NCBI GenBank assembly: GCA_040384725.1
Contig: JAZKIS010000009.1
Location: 14,075-78,074 of the forward strand
Direction: 5' to 3'
Length of the DNA stretch: 64,000 bases
From: Patescibacteria group bacterium
Lineage (GTDB): Bacteria > Patescibacteriota > Minisyncoccia > Phycocordibacterales > Phycocordibacteraceae
Shown here one piece after another: positions 28,855 to 39,475 of the stretch (position 1 is its first letter; each line of letters opens with the position of its first letter). The notes under the pieces were generated by a model, which saw nothing but the letters and a program-made list of their open reading frames with translations, was not told the origin of the DNA and did no database searches. The translations under genes and the position numbers were made by a program.

Positions 28855-30642
28855 ATGGAAATCAGGAATATCGCCATCATCGCGCACGTGGACCACGGCA
28901 AGACCACGCTGACCGACGCCATCATGAAGCAGACCGGAGCCGCCGCTGAAGGCGTCTCCATGGACTCCAACGCGCTCGAGCACGAGCGTGGCATCACTAT
29001 TTACTCGAAGAACACCTCTATCGAGTACAAGGGAACGAAGATCAACATCGTTGACACCCCGGGCCACTCCGACTTCGGCTCTGAGGTTGAGCGCGTGCTC
29101 CGTTCCATCGACTCCGTGCTCCTTATCGTTGACGCGCAGGAAGGTCCGATGCCGCAGACCCGTTTCGTACTTAAGAAGTCCCTCGAGCTCGGCCTGAAGC
29201 CTATCGTAGTGCTCAACAAGATCGACAAGCCGGCAGCAGACCCTAGCCGCGCAGAGGACCAGGTGCTCGAGCTCTTCCTCGAGCTCGGAGCCTCAGACGA
29301 GCAGTCTGACTTCACGACCGTCTACGCGATCGGTCGCGAGGGCGTCGCTATGAAGAAGCTCGACGACGAGCGCAAGGACCTCACGCCGCTCCTCGACGTT
29401 ATCCTCGAGCATGTAGAGCCAACCTCGAGCGATGTTGAGTCTGCGAAGCCCCTTAAGCTTCAGACCTTCAATCTCGCCTACGACAACTTCCTCGGACGCC
29501 TCGCTATCGCGCGCGTCTACGAAGGCGTTGTGAAGGCAGGACAGACCGTTATCGTGAAGAAGCCGGACGGTACCCCGCGCAACGCGAAGATCACGAAACT
29601 CTTCACCTTCAAAGGTCTTGACCGCGTCGACGTTCCTGAGGCGGTTGCCGGAGACATCGTTATCGTTGCAGGTATCGACGACGCCTACATCGGCGAGACC
29701 ATCACCACTGATGCGTCTATCGAGGCAATGCCTGCGATCGCGATCGATGAGCCAACCATTACGGTTAACTTCCTCGTCAACAACTCCCCGTTCGCCGGAC
29801 GCGAAGGGAAGTATGTTACGAGCCGCCAGCTCCGCGAGTATCTTGAGCGCGAGCTCGAAGTGAACGTAGGACTTAAGGTGGATTTTGTCTCTCCTGATGC
29901 CTTCAAGGTTTCGGGACGTGGCGAGCTACACATCGCTATCCTTCTTGAGAACATGCGCCGTGCAGGATACGAGATGCAGGTCTCTCAGCCGCAGGTAATC
30001 ATCCGCGAGGAGGAAGGCCAGAAGCTCGAGCCGTACGAGGAGGTCACTATCGACACTCCGACCGAGTTCCAGGGCTCCATCATCGAACGCCTCGGTACGC
30101 GCGCGTTCGTGCTCCAAAATCTCATCCAGCATGGCGATACGGTCCGCCTTACGCTCGAAGGGCCGACGCGCGGTCTTCTCGGATATCGCAACCAGTTCGT
30201 CGTAGACACCAAGGGAGAGGGAATCCTCTCGACCCGCGTTATCGGCTTCAAGCCGTACGCTGGCGAGATCAAGAAGCGCCAGGTGGGCTCCATGATCTCC
30301 ATGGCGTCAGGCAAGGCGCTCGGCTATGCGCTCTGGAGCATGCAGGAGCGCGGTGTACTCTACATCATCCCGGCTACGGAAGTGTATGAGGGTATGGTGG
30401 TGGGCAATACCTCGAAGGGCGAAGAGATGGTGGTTAATCCGACCAAGGGAAAGAATCAGTCCAACGTCCGTTCCTCGGGTATGGATGAGGCTATCAATCT
30501 CGTACCCGCGTTCACCCTCACCATCGAGCGCGGTCTCGAAGTCATGTCGGACGACGAGTATCTCGAGATCACACCGCTCTCGGTGCGCCTTCGAAAGCAA
30601 GGACTCACTGAGTCTGATCGCGCGAGGAGCAAGCGTTCATAA
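28855..30642 (+). CDS. typA: Translational GTPase TypA/BipA
   Basis: [31 protein letters not shown]. Confidence 0.96.
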   Translation: MEIRNIAIIAHVDHGKTTLTDAIMKQTGAAAEGVSMDSNALEHERGITIYSKNTSIEYKGTKINIVDTPGHSDFGSEVERVLRSIDSVLLIVDAQEGPMPQTRFVLKKSLELGLKPIVVLNKIDKPAADPSRAEDQVLELFLELGASDEQSDFTTVYAIGREGVAMKKLDDERKDLTPLLDVILEHVEPTSSDVESAKPLKLQTFNLAYDNFLGRLAIARVYEGVVKAGQTVIVKKPDGTPRNAKITKLFTFKGLDRVDVPEAVAGDIVIVAGIDDAYIGETITTDASIEAMPAIAIDEPTITVNFLVNNSPFAGREGKYVTSRQLREYLERELEVNVGLKVDFVSPDAFKVSGRGELHIAILLENMRRAGYEMQVSQPQVIIREEEGQKLEPYEEVTIDTPTEFQGSIIERLGTRAFVLQNLIQHGDTVRLTLEGPTRGLLGYRNQFVVDTKGEGILSTRVIGFKPYAGEIKKRQVGSMISMASGKALGYALWSMQERGVLYIIPATEVYEGMVVGNTSKGEEMVVNPTKGKNQSNVRSSGMDEAINLVPAFTLTIERGLEVMSDDEYLEITPLSVRLRKQGLTESDRARSKRS

Positions 30643-30658
30643 ATAGCACGCACGTGCT

Positions 30659-30705
30659 TTGACAAGTCGCTCGGATAGTTTTACTATCCGAGCGACTTGT
30701 TATTT
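30659..30705 (+). promoter_or_regulatory. 18-bp perfect inverted repeat (typA terminator) overlapping a TTGACA-17-TACTAT promoter
   Basis: ACAAGTCGCTCGGATAGT-TTT-ACTATCCGAGCGACTTGT. Confidence 0.75.
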
Positions 30706-30732
30706 CCAACGCAACCTTGAAAGGAGGTTTCC

Positions 30733-31071
30733 GTGGCCTACAGAGACAATGTCCAGGCAGTGGCTGATCGCCTCCGCATCCCGAACCCGCTTCAGGAAAA
30801 TGATATCAAGATCCTGAGCCTGACGTTCGATACCGTCGACGGCGGCGAGATCGTCATTGAAGCGACCAACATGAACCTGGCTGGCAGGCTGTTCTTCCAG
30901 GATGCCTTCTCAGGCCCGGGTTTCAGGGCCTGCGAAGTGGAATTCTTCGAGCCGTTCTTCAAGCGAGCTGAGGAATATTTCGCCGAGCTCTGGCATGATC
31001 GGGCGAACCGAGCGCTCCTGAGCGCGTTCTCGGTAGCGAGCTATGTCGTCATCGACTGGAAAAAGATGTAA
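30733..31071 (+). CDS. Hypothetical protein (SD-led orphan cassette)
   Basis: AAGGAGGT SD, GTG start, downstream hairpin. Confidence 0.75.
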   Translation: MAYRDNVQAVADRLRIPNPLQENDIKILSLTFDTVDGGEIVIEATNMNLAGRLFFQDAFSGPGFRACEVEFFEPFFKRAEEYFAELWHDRANRALLSAFSVASYVVIDWKKM

Positions 31072-31181
31072 TGCGCGTGCGTTCAGAGGGTCGTGTCAGC
31101 AATCGCTGGCACGGCCCTTCTTCATGCATCCTCTAGATGCAGTTATGTACGCTGAATGCTTACCTGATTCAATCCCTGCCC

Positions 31182-31334
31182 ATGCTGTACACCATCGCTG
31201 CCATACTTCTTATCCTCTGGCTTCTCGGCCTCGTTACGTCCTACACGCTCGGCGGCTTCGTACACCTGCTCCTCGTTATCGCTATAATCGTCGTGCTCGT
31301 CAGGCTTATACAAGGGAAGAAACCGATTCCGTAA
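31182..31334 (+). CDS. Small membrane protein, lmo0937/DUF5670 family
   Basis: MLYTIA.IL.ILWLLG....YTLGGFVHLLLVIA. Confidence 0.85.
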   Translation: MLYTIAAILLILWLLGLVTSYTLGGFVHLLLVIAIIVVLVRLIQGKKPIP

Positions 31335-31366
31335 CAGAAGGTATAAGAAAGCAAACAGCCGAGTGC

Positions 31367-32104
31367 TTACTCGGCTGTTTGCTTTCGACGCAGGAGAATC
31401 TCCCTCGTGTACGGCCTATCAGCTACTTCCCAATGCTCGAGATACTTTTTGAACATGGCCGCAAAGAGACGGGACCGTGCTGATGCTCGACTCCGTTCGT
31501 TTGGATGCTCTCCATGGAAGTATTCCCCGTATAGCTGATTATAGGTTTCAAAGATTCGAGCACCTTCGTACTTCGCGGACAAAGATTCAAGCTCTTCGCG
31601 GGTAGTGGAAGCGTTTGGGTGGGCAAGTATGCGTTCAATACAAGTTTTAACGTCTTCGACAGAGTACGACGTGCCTGCGGGGCTGCTCTCGATACTCTCA
31701 ATAGGAACCTTCGTATAGCTGGTAAAGCTTTCTATAAATGCTGCACGCGTCTTGAAAAGCTCGGCGCTCTCCTCAGGATCGAGGTTCATGGTTGCGAACC
31801 CAAACCCCTCGGTTTCAGACTGCAGGGTATAGTCTTTGGATTCATTGGAATACCGTTGATCTAGTCTGAGAATATACGGGTGACCTCCAATGGCTTTTCG
31901 TGTGATGAATCGATGGCGTTTCTCTAGAGGACGCATCCAGTCAGAACAGACGAAGTGCACTATCGTCCCGTCTTGAAACGGAGGATACTCATCGATTGAG
32001 TATTCATGCTCGTCATCCACGATAGGGAATGATAGGAGTCTCTCCTGACCCTTTTCAGGTACCGTAGAAGCCTTAGGCACATCGTGTCCAAACCCTTCAC
32101 TCAT
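31367..32104 (-). CDS. Hypothetical protein
   Basis: 245-aa ORF, AT-richer than flanks, leaderless start. Confidence 0.7.
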   Translation of the reverse strand: MSEGFGHDVPKASTVPEKGQERLLSFPIVDDEHEYSIDEYPPFQDGTIVHFVCSDWMRPLEKRHRFITRKAIGGHPYILRLDQRYSNESKDYTLQSETEGFGFATMNLDPEESAELFKTRAAFIESFTSYTKVPIESIESSPAGTSYSVEDVKTCIERILAHPNASTTREELESLSAKYEGARIFETYNQLYGEYFHGEHPNERSRASARSRLFAAMFKKYLEHWEVADRPYTREILLRRKQTAE

Positions 32105-32171
32105 GAGCCAACTGTACCATGATGCCCTTCAAGGGACTTGCCAAAAATCACAGTTCTGCTATACTACTCTC

Positions 32172-32326
32172 ACAACGGTTACTCCACGGTTTGGCGTCTT
32201 GAAGAGTCATTCAAGACCAGGCACCGCGCGAAAGCGCACGGCTTGAAACTCTCGAGAACGGTTGAGTCAGAATCCTGACTACTTACACAAACCGCACGCT
32301 CACCCGTGCACTAGCATTTCAGACAT
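32172..32326 (+). promoter_or_regulatory. Structured 5' leader of the DEAD-box helicase gene
   Basis: TTGCCA-16-TATACT promoter, then several hairpins enclosed by CGGTTTG/CAAACCG. Confidence 0.55.
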
Positions 32327-33766
32327 ATGAATTCAAAGAATGACACGCGTTCAAGCGGGCCTCGCCGCTCCTCGAACGCTCCTCGCGGACGCTCCGGCGG
32401 CCGTGCACCAGCCATGAGCTCTGCATACGAAGCAGGCATGAAGTTCGCGCTCGATAACGGCTTCAAGCGCCCAGCAACCGCAGCCGTAGAGTTCAAGCGT
32501 TCCCGCTCCGGCGGATCGTCTTCTCGCGGCCCGCGTCGCGACACGAACGGACCTTCTCGCGGCGGCCCTGGCTCCCGTGGTGGTTTCTCACGCCCATCGT
32601 CGGGCGGATCTCGCGGCGGTGGCGCACGCTCAGGCGGACGCAACTTCCAGGAGATGAACGTTGACCTCTCGAAGCTCGTTAACAAGGCAACCGCTCCTGC
32701 GGAGATCGAGGTCTACACCCCGACCCATACGTTCGCGGACTTTGCCGTTGATGAGCGTTTGAAGACCAACATCGCGAACAAGGGCTACATCACGCCAACG
32801 CCTATCCAGGACCAGTCCATCATTCCGATGCTCGCAGGGAAGGACGTCGTGGGTATCGCGAACACGGGTACCGGCAAGACTGCCGCGTTCCTCATCCCTC
32901 TTATCGACAAGGTGCTCAAGTTCCGCGCACTCGGCGTTGACGAGCGCGTTCTCGTTATGGTTCCTACGCGCGAGCTCGCTATCCAAATCGAGGACGAGTT
33001 CTTCGGCTTCTCGAAGGGTCTCGGCGTTAATTCCGTTACCTGCGTCGGAGGCGCGAACATCGTTCCGCAGATCCGCGTCCTTAAGCGCAACCCGGCATTC
33101 GTGATCGGTACGCCAGGACGCCTGAAGGACCTCATGGAGCGTCGCGAGCTCGATCTCTCGAAGTTCAGCACCGTCGTGCTCGACGAGGCGGATCGCATGC
33201 TCGACATGGGATTCATCGATGACATGCGTTTCATCATGTCGAAGATGCGTGCCGAGCGTCACACGCTCTTCTTCTCGGCTACGATGTCCCGCGATATCCA
33301 GGCACTTATCGGTGCCTTCTTGAAGGACCCGGTGCATGTGTCGGTTAAGACGCGCGAGACCTCGCATACGATCGATCAGGACGTGATCAAGGTCCATCAT
33401 TCGCAGAAGTTCGACAAGCTCGTCGAGCTCCTCAAGGAGGAGAGCTTCGACAAGGTGCTCGTCTTCGGACGCACCAAGCACGGCGTCGAGCGTCTCGCGA
33501 AGGATCTCCGTTCGACCGGCATCCGTGCTGATTCCATCCACGGAAACAAGACGCACTCGGCGCGCCAGAAGGCACTCATCGCCTTCAAGCGCGGCGACGC
33601 GCGCGTGCTCACGGCAACCGACGTCGCGGCGCGCGGTCTCGATATCTCGGGCGTCTCGCACGTGATCAACTACGACCTTCCGTCGACCTACGAGGATTAC
33701 ACGCACCGTATCGGCCGTACCGGCCGCGCGGGCAAGGCGGGCATGGCCCTCACCTTCATCCCGTAA
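32327..33766 (+). CDS. DEAD-box RNA helicase with RG/S-rich N-terminal extension
   Basis: TGTGKT, PTRELA, TPGR, DEAD, SAT, HRIGRTGR. Confidence 0.96.
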   Translation: MNSKNDTRSSGPRRSSNAPRGRSGGRAPAMSSAYEAGMKFALDNGFKRPATAAVEFKRSRSGGSSSRGPRRDTNGPSRGGPGSRGGFSRPSSGGSRGGGARSGGRNFQEMNVDLSKLVNKATAPAEIEVYTPTHTFADFAVDERLKTNIANKGYITPTPIQDQSIIPMLAGKDVVGIANTGTGKTAAFLIPLIDKVLKFRALGVDERVLVMVPTRELAIQIEDEFFGFSKGLGVNSVTCVGGANIVPQIRVLKRNPAFVIGTPGRLKDLMERRELDLSKFSTVVLDEADRMLDMGFIDDMRFIMSKMRAERHTLFFSATMSRDIQALIGAFLKDPVHVSVKTRETSHTIDQDVIKVHHSQKFDKLVELLKEESFDKVLVFGRTKHGVERLAKDLRSTGIRADSIHGNKTHSARQKALIAFKRGDARVLTATDVAARGLDISGVSHVINYDLPSTYEDYTHRIGRTGRAGKAGMALTFIP

Positions 33767-33855
33767 GGGACATACAAGGCAAATCCCCCAGGATCCTCGG
33801 GTCCTGGGGGATTTGCTATACTAGGCGCATAGCATTTAAGGGCATATATATTCGT

Positions 33856-34542
33856 ATGGATACCAAAGCACAGGAAGCAGGAAGCTTCTTCGAGAAATAC
33901 GGTACCGCGCTTGCGGTCCTCGTGGGTGCGCTTATTATAGGCGGCGCATTCGCGTTCGGCCAGGGAGGCGATCGCGCGGAGGTGGCACCAGAGCCTGTTG
34001 CGGTTGATATCAAGGACGTGAAGCTCGATACGGGGCCGTCCGTAGGACCGAAGGGTGCACCGGTTACCATCGCCGTCTGGTTCGACTACCAGTGCAGCTT
34101 CTGCAAGCAGTTCGAGACCACGACGCTTCAGGAAGTGGTATCAAGCTACGGAGACAAGGTCCGTATCGTCTACAAGGACTTCCAGTTCCTGGGAGCTGCC
34201 TCGAACGACTCAGCGCTCTACTCTCGTGCGGTATGGGACGCTTATCCTGACCGCTGGCACGAGTGGTTCGACGGCATGTTCGCAGGTGGCGAGGAGTCAA
34301 CACTCAACCCCGCAGCTATGGACGCGCTCTCGAGCCGCCTCGGCCTCGATGCAGAGCGAATCAACAAGCTTCTTAACGACAAGCGCGCTGACTATCAGGC
34401 AGCGATCGACGCGGATCGTGCTGAGGGCCAGGCATTCGGCATCAACGGAACGCCAGGCACCGTCATCGGCACCACGCTCGTCTCAGGCGCGCAGCCGTTC
34501 GCGAACGTGAAGACGCTCATCGACGCAGAGCTCGCGAACTAA
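33856..34542 (+). CDS. DsbA family thiol-disulfide oxidoreductase
   Basis: N-terminal TM, DYQCSFC, GINGTP, GAQP. Confidence 0.9.
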   Translation: MDTKAQEAGSFFEKYGTALAVLVGALIIGGAFAFGQGGDRAEVAPEPVAVDIKDVKLDTGPSVGPKGAPVTIAVWFDYQCSFCKQFETTTLQEVVSSYGDKVRIVYKDFQFLGAASNDSALYSRAVWDAYPDRWHEWFDGMFAGGEESTLNPAAMDALSSRLGLDAERINKLLNDKRADYQAAIDADRAEGQAFGINGTPGTVIGTTLVSGAQPFANVKTLIDAELAN

Positions 34543-34597
34543 TCTTCGCAAAAAGCAAAAGCCGCTCCTCGGGGGCGGCTTTTGCTATGATACAGGC

Positions 34598-35107
34598 ATG
34601 ATGCCCGAAGAGGTCGTAGTAAACGATCGTATGCAGAAGAACTATCGCTATCTGCGTACTGAGCCTATGGGCAAGAACTTCGATCCCGTGTTCACACCCG
34701 ACCTTACCCCACAGCAAATGCTGGCGCTCGGCGTGTTCGGCGGGAAGTATATGACGGACTCACGAGAGGAGTTTCCAGAGGACTGGTTCACAGACGCGAA
34801 GCTCTCGCCTCTAAAGCACGACAAGTCGCTTAATTATTTCGGTTTAGATGCGTCACAATCCCTATCAATCTGGAAAGAGAAGGGCTGGATCAACAAGGAT
34901 GATCCCCGCGGCTGGTTCCAGTGGTACTGCCGCTATTACATGGGGCGCAGGCTTCCGGACGAAGATGCTCGCCAGATCAAGCGATGGAAGCAGATGGTGC
35001 GCCATGTGGCACAGGTAAAGTATGCCTGCAGAGCTGGGGACGCTACCTGCCACACGAGGCAGCGCCAAGCGCTCCTTCATTGGGCGTATGATAGTAGGAA
35101 GCTATGA
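34598..35107 (+). CDS. Conserved hypothetical protein
   Basis: LGVFGGKY, DPRGWFQWYCRYY.GRR, RQALLHWAY. Confidence 0.85.
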   Translation: MMPEEVVVNDRMQKNYRYLRTEPMGKNFDPVFTPDLTPQQMLALGVFGGKYMTDSREEFPEDWFTDAKLSPLKHDKSLNYFGLDASQSLSIWKEKGWINKDDPRGWFQWYCRYYMGRRLPDEDARQIKRWKQMVRHVAQVKYACRAGDATCHTRQRQALLHWAYDSRKL

Positions 35108-35514
35108 ACGAACAGGAATTCGAACAGATCGCGAATGCGGAATGGGAACGCATGCCCGACAGGTTCAAGCTGAAGATCACGAACCTGGCGCTCCTTATAG
35201 AAGACGACGTAAGCGAGGACGTACGGAAAGAGGAAGGACTTGAGGAAGGTGAATCCTTGCTCGGTCTCTATCATGGCATTCCTTTAACGGAGCGAGGAAG
35301 CGAGTACGGGGTAGGAGGTACATTGCCCGACACTATAACCCTGTACCGACTTCCGATTCTTGAAGAGGCGAGCGAGATGGATCGAGCGTTCCGTGATGCG
35401 GTGCGCATCGTAATACGAGAGACCCTTTGGCACGAAGTGGGGCATTACTTTGGGTTGCCTGAGCACGGGGTTAATGAACGGGAAGAGGAGGGGACGAATC
35501 GTTTCGATTCTTAG
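35104..35514 (+). CDS. Zincin-like metallopeptidase (DUF1025)
   Basis: LLGLY.G.PL, PD.ITLYR, HEVGHYFG. Confidence 0.9.
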   Translation: MNEQEFEQIANAEWERMPDRFKLKITNLALLIEDDVSEDVRKEEGLEEGESLLGLYHGIPLTERGSEYGVGGTLPDTITLYRLPILEEASEMDRAFRDAVRIVIRETLWHEVGHYFGLPEHGVNEREEEGTNRFDS

Positions 35515-35549
35515 TCTCCCAGCAAACTTCACGCGTTATAATCTCAGCA

Positions 35550-36206
35550 ATGGATCTCATCGACACTTTAGCGATAAAGCTCTGGAACTACCACCACGTA
35601 GGGCATGCCCTGGAGAAGGCTGACGTCATCTTTGCACTTGGTAGTCACGATCTAAGCGTTGCGCGTTTTGCTGCACATCTCTTCCAAGAAGGATGGGCTC
35701 CTCTCCTAGCATTTTCAGGCGGCATTGCGCATCAGGGTGATTCGCTGCGAACTGGCTGGGATAAGTCGGAGGCGGAAATGTTTGCTGAGGTGGCGATGGG
35801 TATGGGAATACGGAAGGAAGAAATCCTTATCGAAGATAGGGCAACCAACACGGGAGAGAATTTCGCTTTTATGGAACGGGTGTTCAAGGAGCAAGGCTTA
35901 AATCCTAAGAAAATAATTCTTGTGCAGAAGCCTTATATGGAGCGAAGAGCCCTAGCAACGGCCTTGGTACATTGGCCAGAAAGGGAATTCATCTCGACTT
36001 CCATGCCTGTATCGTATGAGGAGTATACGAGTGGCGACATACCGAAGGAACGAATCATTAATATTATGGTTGGCGACCTTCAAAGAATTAAACTGTATGG
36101 GGAGAAAGGATTTCAGATCCCACAAGATATACCTGCTGACGTGTGGGCTGCTTATATGGAGCTAGTGCAACTAGGTTATACGTCTCATCTGATTTCTGAA
36201 GACTAG
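35550..36206 (+). CDS. YdcF/DUF218 family protein
   Basis: LGSHD, SGG, ATNTGEN, VQKPYMERR. Confidence 0.9.
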   Translation: MDLIDTLAIKLWNYHHVGHALEKADVIFALGSHDLSVARFAAHLFQEGWAPLLAFSGGIAHQGDSLRTGWDKSEAEMFAEVAMGMGIRKEEILIEDRATNTGENFAFMERVFKEQGLNPKKIILVQKPYMERRALATALVHWPEREFISTSMPVSYEEYTSGDIPKERIINIMVGDLQRIKLYGEKGFQIPQDIPADVWAAYMELVQLGYTSHLISED

Positions 36207-36280
36207 GATTCTAACATCGTCCCAGACCCTCAGCATAAAATACAAAACCGGACCCCAGGGAGTCCGGTTCGTGCATACGG

Positions 36281-36508
36281 CTAGCGTGATAGAGGGCGTG
36301 TCTCTGGGACACGAGGGAGGGCAAACGGTTCGTTGTTGAATCGTACATGCCCGGCACTCGCAGCAAGGTCGGTAGCGACACCTGCAGAGACTTGCGCACC
36401 CTGAAGGAACGCGATGGCCGTATGTTCTATCTCGGAAAGGACCCCGGGAAGCAGTATCTTGAGGACGACAATAGCAATCCCGAGTCCAATGGCTTTTGTG
36501 AATGCCAT
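36281..36508 (-). CDS. Small hypothetical membrane protein
   Basis: N-terminal hydrophobic helix; hairpin downstream. Confidence 0.55.
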   Translation of the reverse strand: MAFTKAIGLGIAIVVLKILLPGVLSEIEHTAIAFLQGAQVSAGVATDLAASAGHVRFNNEPFALPRVPETRPLSR

Positions 36509-36878
36509 ACGATAGACGTAAATGGATAAAGGGAATGTAGAGGCGCTCTGGAGCGTCTCGTACTGTCGTCTTTCAAAGTTCTGGTTCCCTCTATCCTCTA
36601 GAACATCGAGAGTGGCCAAAAGGTTTCAACATACGAAAGGACCTGCTCGAAGCAGGTCCTTTCGTATGTTGACGACCGATTAGTCGTGCGTCTCTTCTTC
36701 GCGTGTCTGTGCTTCCCGTTGTTCGTCAGCCTGGCGTCGAAGCATCTCTTCTGATTCCGCATGCGTCTCCGCGCGATCATGCTCCTGGTCTGCCTGATTC
36801 TCGAGGTCATCTGGTTCGATCATAGGTACGAGTTATTTACGCTAACTCAAGCACTATGCCGGAAGGAACCTGGAGGGT

Positions 36879-37283
36879 TCATGAAGGATTCTTGTCCCGC
36901 TTCTCGAAATCAAGGGCGATAGAGTTTATACAGTATCGTTTGCCACCAGCGTCAACAGGCCCGTCATCAAACAGATGGCCCAGATGGCTGCCGCAACTCT
37001 TGCAGAACACTTCCTTGCGTTCCATGCCGAGGCTCTCGTCAATTCTCGTCCCAACATTCTCTGCAACGAGAGGGTCAGTGAATGAAGGCCATCCGCTGCC
37101 GGAATCGAACTTCGTATCAGAACCAAAGAGGATTGCGTGACAGGCACGGCACCGGTACGTCCCGTCCGTGTGGTTCTCGACATACTTGCCCTTGAAAGGA
37201 GCTTCGGTCCCTGCCTCGCGCAGTACCTGGTATTCCTCAGGGCTGAGCATCTCTCGCCACTCTTCCTCGGTGCGTTGTTCCAT
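36879..37283 (-). CDS. msrB: Peptide-methionine (R)-S-oxide reductase
   Basis: GTE.PF, KFDSGSGWPSF, HLGHLF.DGP, RYCINS. Confidence 0.96.
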   Translation of the reverse strand: MEQRTEEEWREMLSPEEYQVLREAGTEAPFKGKYVENHTDGTYRCRACHAILFGSDTKFDSGSGWPSFTDPLVAENVGTRIDESLGMERKEVFCKSCGSHLGHLFDDGPVDAGGKRYCINSIALDFEKRDKNPS

Positions 37284-37349
37284 GCGGCAATTGTACTACC
37301 AGAAACATGAAGGTTGCTGGTGTATGGGGGGCGGGGTAGGATTGTAACC

Positions 37350-37802
37350 ATGAACCGCAGCCTCCTCATCGTGCTCATCCTCGTCCTCTCGTTCCTCGGC
37401 ATTGCGGACTCTTGGTATCTCTATCAGAGCGCCATGACGGACACGGCGCTTTCGTGCGATCTCGGGAGCGGGCTCGATGGCTGCAATATCGTCGCTCAGA
37501 GCGCGTACTCGCGTCTCTTCGGTGTCCCGCTCGCGCTCTACGGCGTCGGATTCTTCGCGCTCACGTTCGTTCTTGCGGCGTCGCTCAGCATCGTATCCTC
37601 TCGCAGGCTCTCCCACGTGCTCCTTGCCGTAACGCTCTTCGGCGTAGCCGCCTCAGCGGTCTTCGTGTTCATCCAGTTCGCGCTCATCAAGGCTCTCTGC
37701 ATCTACTGCATCGCTTCGGCAGGAATCGCGGTGCTCATATGCGCCCTTAGCTTTACGCTCTGGAAGCGCTTCCTGCTCGTAAAATTCGTTACGGTGCTCT
37801 AA
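37350..37802 (+). CDS. Vitamin K epoxide reductase (VKOR) family protein
   Basis: C...C..V..S.YS..FGVP and CIYC motifs. Confidence 0.9.
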   Translation: MNRSLLIVLILVLSFLGIADSWYLYQSAMTDTALSCDLGSGLDGCNIVAQSAYSRLFGVPLALYGVGFFALTFVLAASLSIVSSRRLSHVLLAVTLFGVAASAVFVFIQFALIKALCIYCIASAGIAVLICALSFTLWKRFLLVKFVTVL

Positions 37803-37840
37803 TCTTGACGGGGAAGGGATTGTGCTATGATGGCGGCATC

Positions 37841-39001
37841 ATGGCCTGCTTTCGCATCCTCGCGGTCATTCTCTTGGCGGCTTCTGCGCTTCCCGCAAGC
37901 CTTTCTGCGGCTACCTATGTGAGCGCGAGAACGCTCGTCGTCTCAGAGTCGCCGCTCGATAACGCGTACCTCGCCGGTACCGACGTTACGGTAGCGGCGC
38001 CTTTGCCGGCTGACGTACTCGCTGCTGGCGGCACGATCTCCATTGCCGCGCCCATAGCGGGTGACGCTACGGTTGCGGGCGGAACGGTTTCCGTAACCCG
38101 CCCCGTAGAAGGAGATCTGCGTGCAGTTGGTGCGCAGGTTATCGTGAGCGCCCCAGTTGCAGGCGACCTCGCGCTCGCGGGAGGTACAGTTACGGCGTCT
38201 TCAACGGCGACCGATACACGCATCATCGGCGGAACGGTACGAGTTACTGGAAGTGGCGGGAAGGTGGTCGTCTATGGTGCCGAGGTATACCTGTCCGGTA
38301 CGATCGAAGGCGACGTAGAGGTCACGGCCTCTGACCGCCTTACACTCCTCGAAGGGACCGTCATCAACGGCTCGCTTCGGTATGACGCGCCGCAGGAAGC
38401 AGCCATCCCCGCATCGGCTTCCGTGCTCGATGGGGTGACGTATACCGGCGCATCCTCCTATCTGCCAACGGTAGAGCAGGCACAGACCTTCGCGGTCGCC
38501 GGCGCGAGCGTGTTCCTGCTCGTCCGCATCCTTGCGGTCATTATCGCGGCAGCGCTCCTCGCCGGCCTCTTCCCGGTCTTTGCGCAGGCGGTAGCGGATC
38601 GTGCGCTCTCTCGCTCGCCGGGCAGGTTCGCGCTACTCGTGCTGCTAGGGTTCGCGGTCGTGTTCGCGACGCCTGTATTCATTTTCATACTGCTCATATC
38701 CTTCGTTGGTATGGGGGTTGCATTCCTCCTCCTTGCGCTCTATATGCTCTTACTGATGCTCGGCTACCTCTACGCCGGCGTGCTTGCGGGTGCCGCGCTC
38801 GGGCGCGGACTCATGAAGCGCGAGATCGTTACATGGAAGCTCGCGATCCTCGGCATGCTCGTCCTCTACCTGATAAGCATTGTACCGATCATCGGCGGCA
38901 TCCTTACGTTCATTCTTTTCCTTGCTGCAACCGGAACCATCGTTATGCTCGCACATCGTTTCGCGTTCGGGAGAATCCAGGAAGATCCGCTCATCGACTA
39001 G
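37841..39001 (+). CDS. Bactofilin-like beta-helix repeat membrane protein
   Basis: Repeated GD...AGGTV units followed by multiple TM helices. Confidence 0.75.
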   Translation: MACFRILAVILLAASALPASLSAATYVSARTLVVSESPLDNAYLAGTDVTVAAPLPADVLAAGGTISIAAPIAGDATVAGGTVSVTRPVEGDLRAVGAQVIVSAPVAGDLALAGGTVTASSTATDTRIIGGTVRVTGSGGKVVVYGAEVYLSGTIEGDVEVTASDRLTLLEGTVINGSLRYDAPQEAAIPASASVLDGVTYTGASSYLPTVEQAQTFAVAGASVFLLVRILAVIIAAALLAGLFPVFAQAVADRALSRSPGRFALLVLLGFAVVFATPVFIFILLISFVGMGVAFLLLALYMLLLMLGYLYAGVLAGAALGRGLMKREIVTWKLAILGMLVLYLISIVPIIGGILTFILFLAATGTIVMLAHRFAFGRIQEDPLID

Positions 39002-39004
39002 CCT

Positions 39005-39475
39005 ATGATCCCCGCGACCGGAACCCTTGCCCCTGATTTCACCCTTCTCGACCAGGACGGCGTCCCGCATACGCTCTCACAGCATCGAGGAAGTCGGGTG
39101 CTCCTCTATTTCTATCCGAAGGATGATACGCCAGGCTGCACGAAACAGGCGTGCATGCTTCGCGATGCATTGCCCGACTTCGCGGCGCTCGACGCGATTG
39201 TCTACGGCATCTCGGCAGATTCCGTAAAGAGCCATAAGAAGTTCGCGGATAAGTACGGGCTGTCATTTACCTTGCTCGCTGACGAGCACAAGGAAGTCGT
39301 GAATGCATACGGCGTATGGGGAAAGAAGAAGATGATGGGAAGGGAATACGACGGCATCTTCCGTACCTCGTTCTTGATCGCTCCAGACGGCACTATCGAG
39401 AAGGTGTATGAGAACGTGAAGCCAGAGCTCCATGCGGCACAGGTACTCGCAGATCTTAACGAAGCGAATGGATAG
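39005..39475 (+). CDS. bcp: Thioredoxin-dependent peroxiredoxin Bcp
   Basis: YFYPKDDTPGCTKQAC. Confidence 0.95.
   Translation: MIPATGTLAPDFTLLDQDGVPHTLSQHRGSRVLLYFYPKDDTPGCTKQACMLRDALPDFAALDAIVYGISADSVKSHKKFADKYGLSFTLLADEHKEVVNAYGVWGKKKMMGREYDGIFRTSFLIAPDGTIEKVYENVKPELHAAQVLADLNEANG

Noticed and set aside
36598-36823. Short ORFs between the membrane hypothetical and msrB (70-aa basic frame; 47-aa acidic frame from 36823)
   Set aside because: Cannot decide which, if either, is real; no recognisable motif
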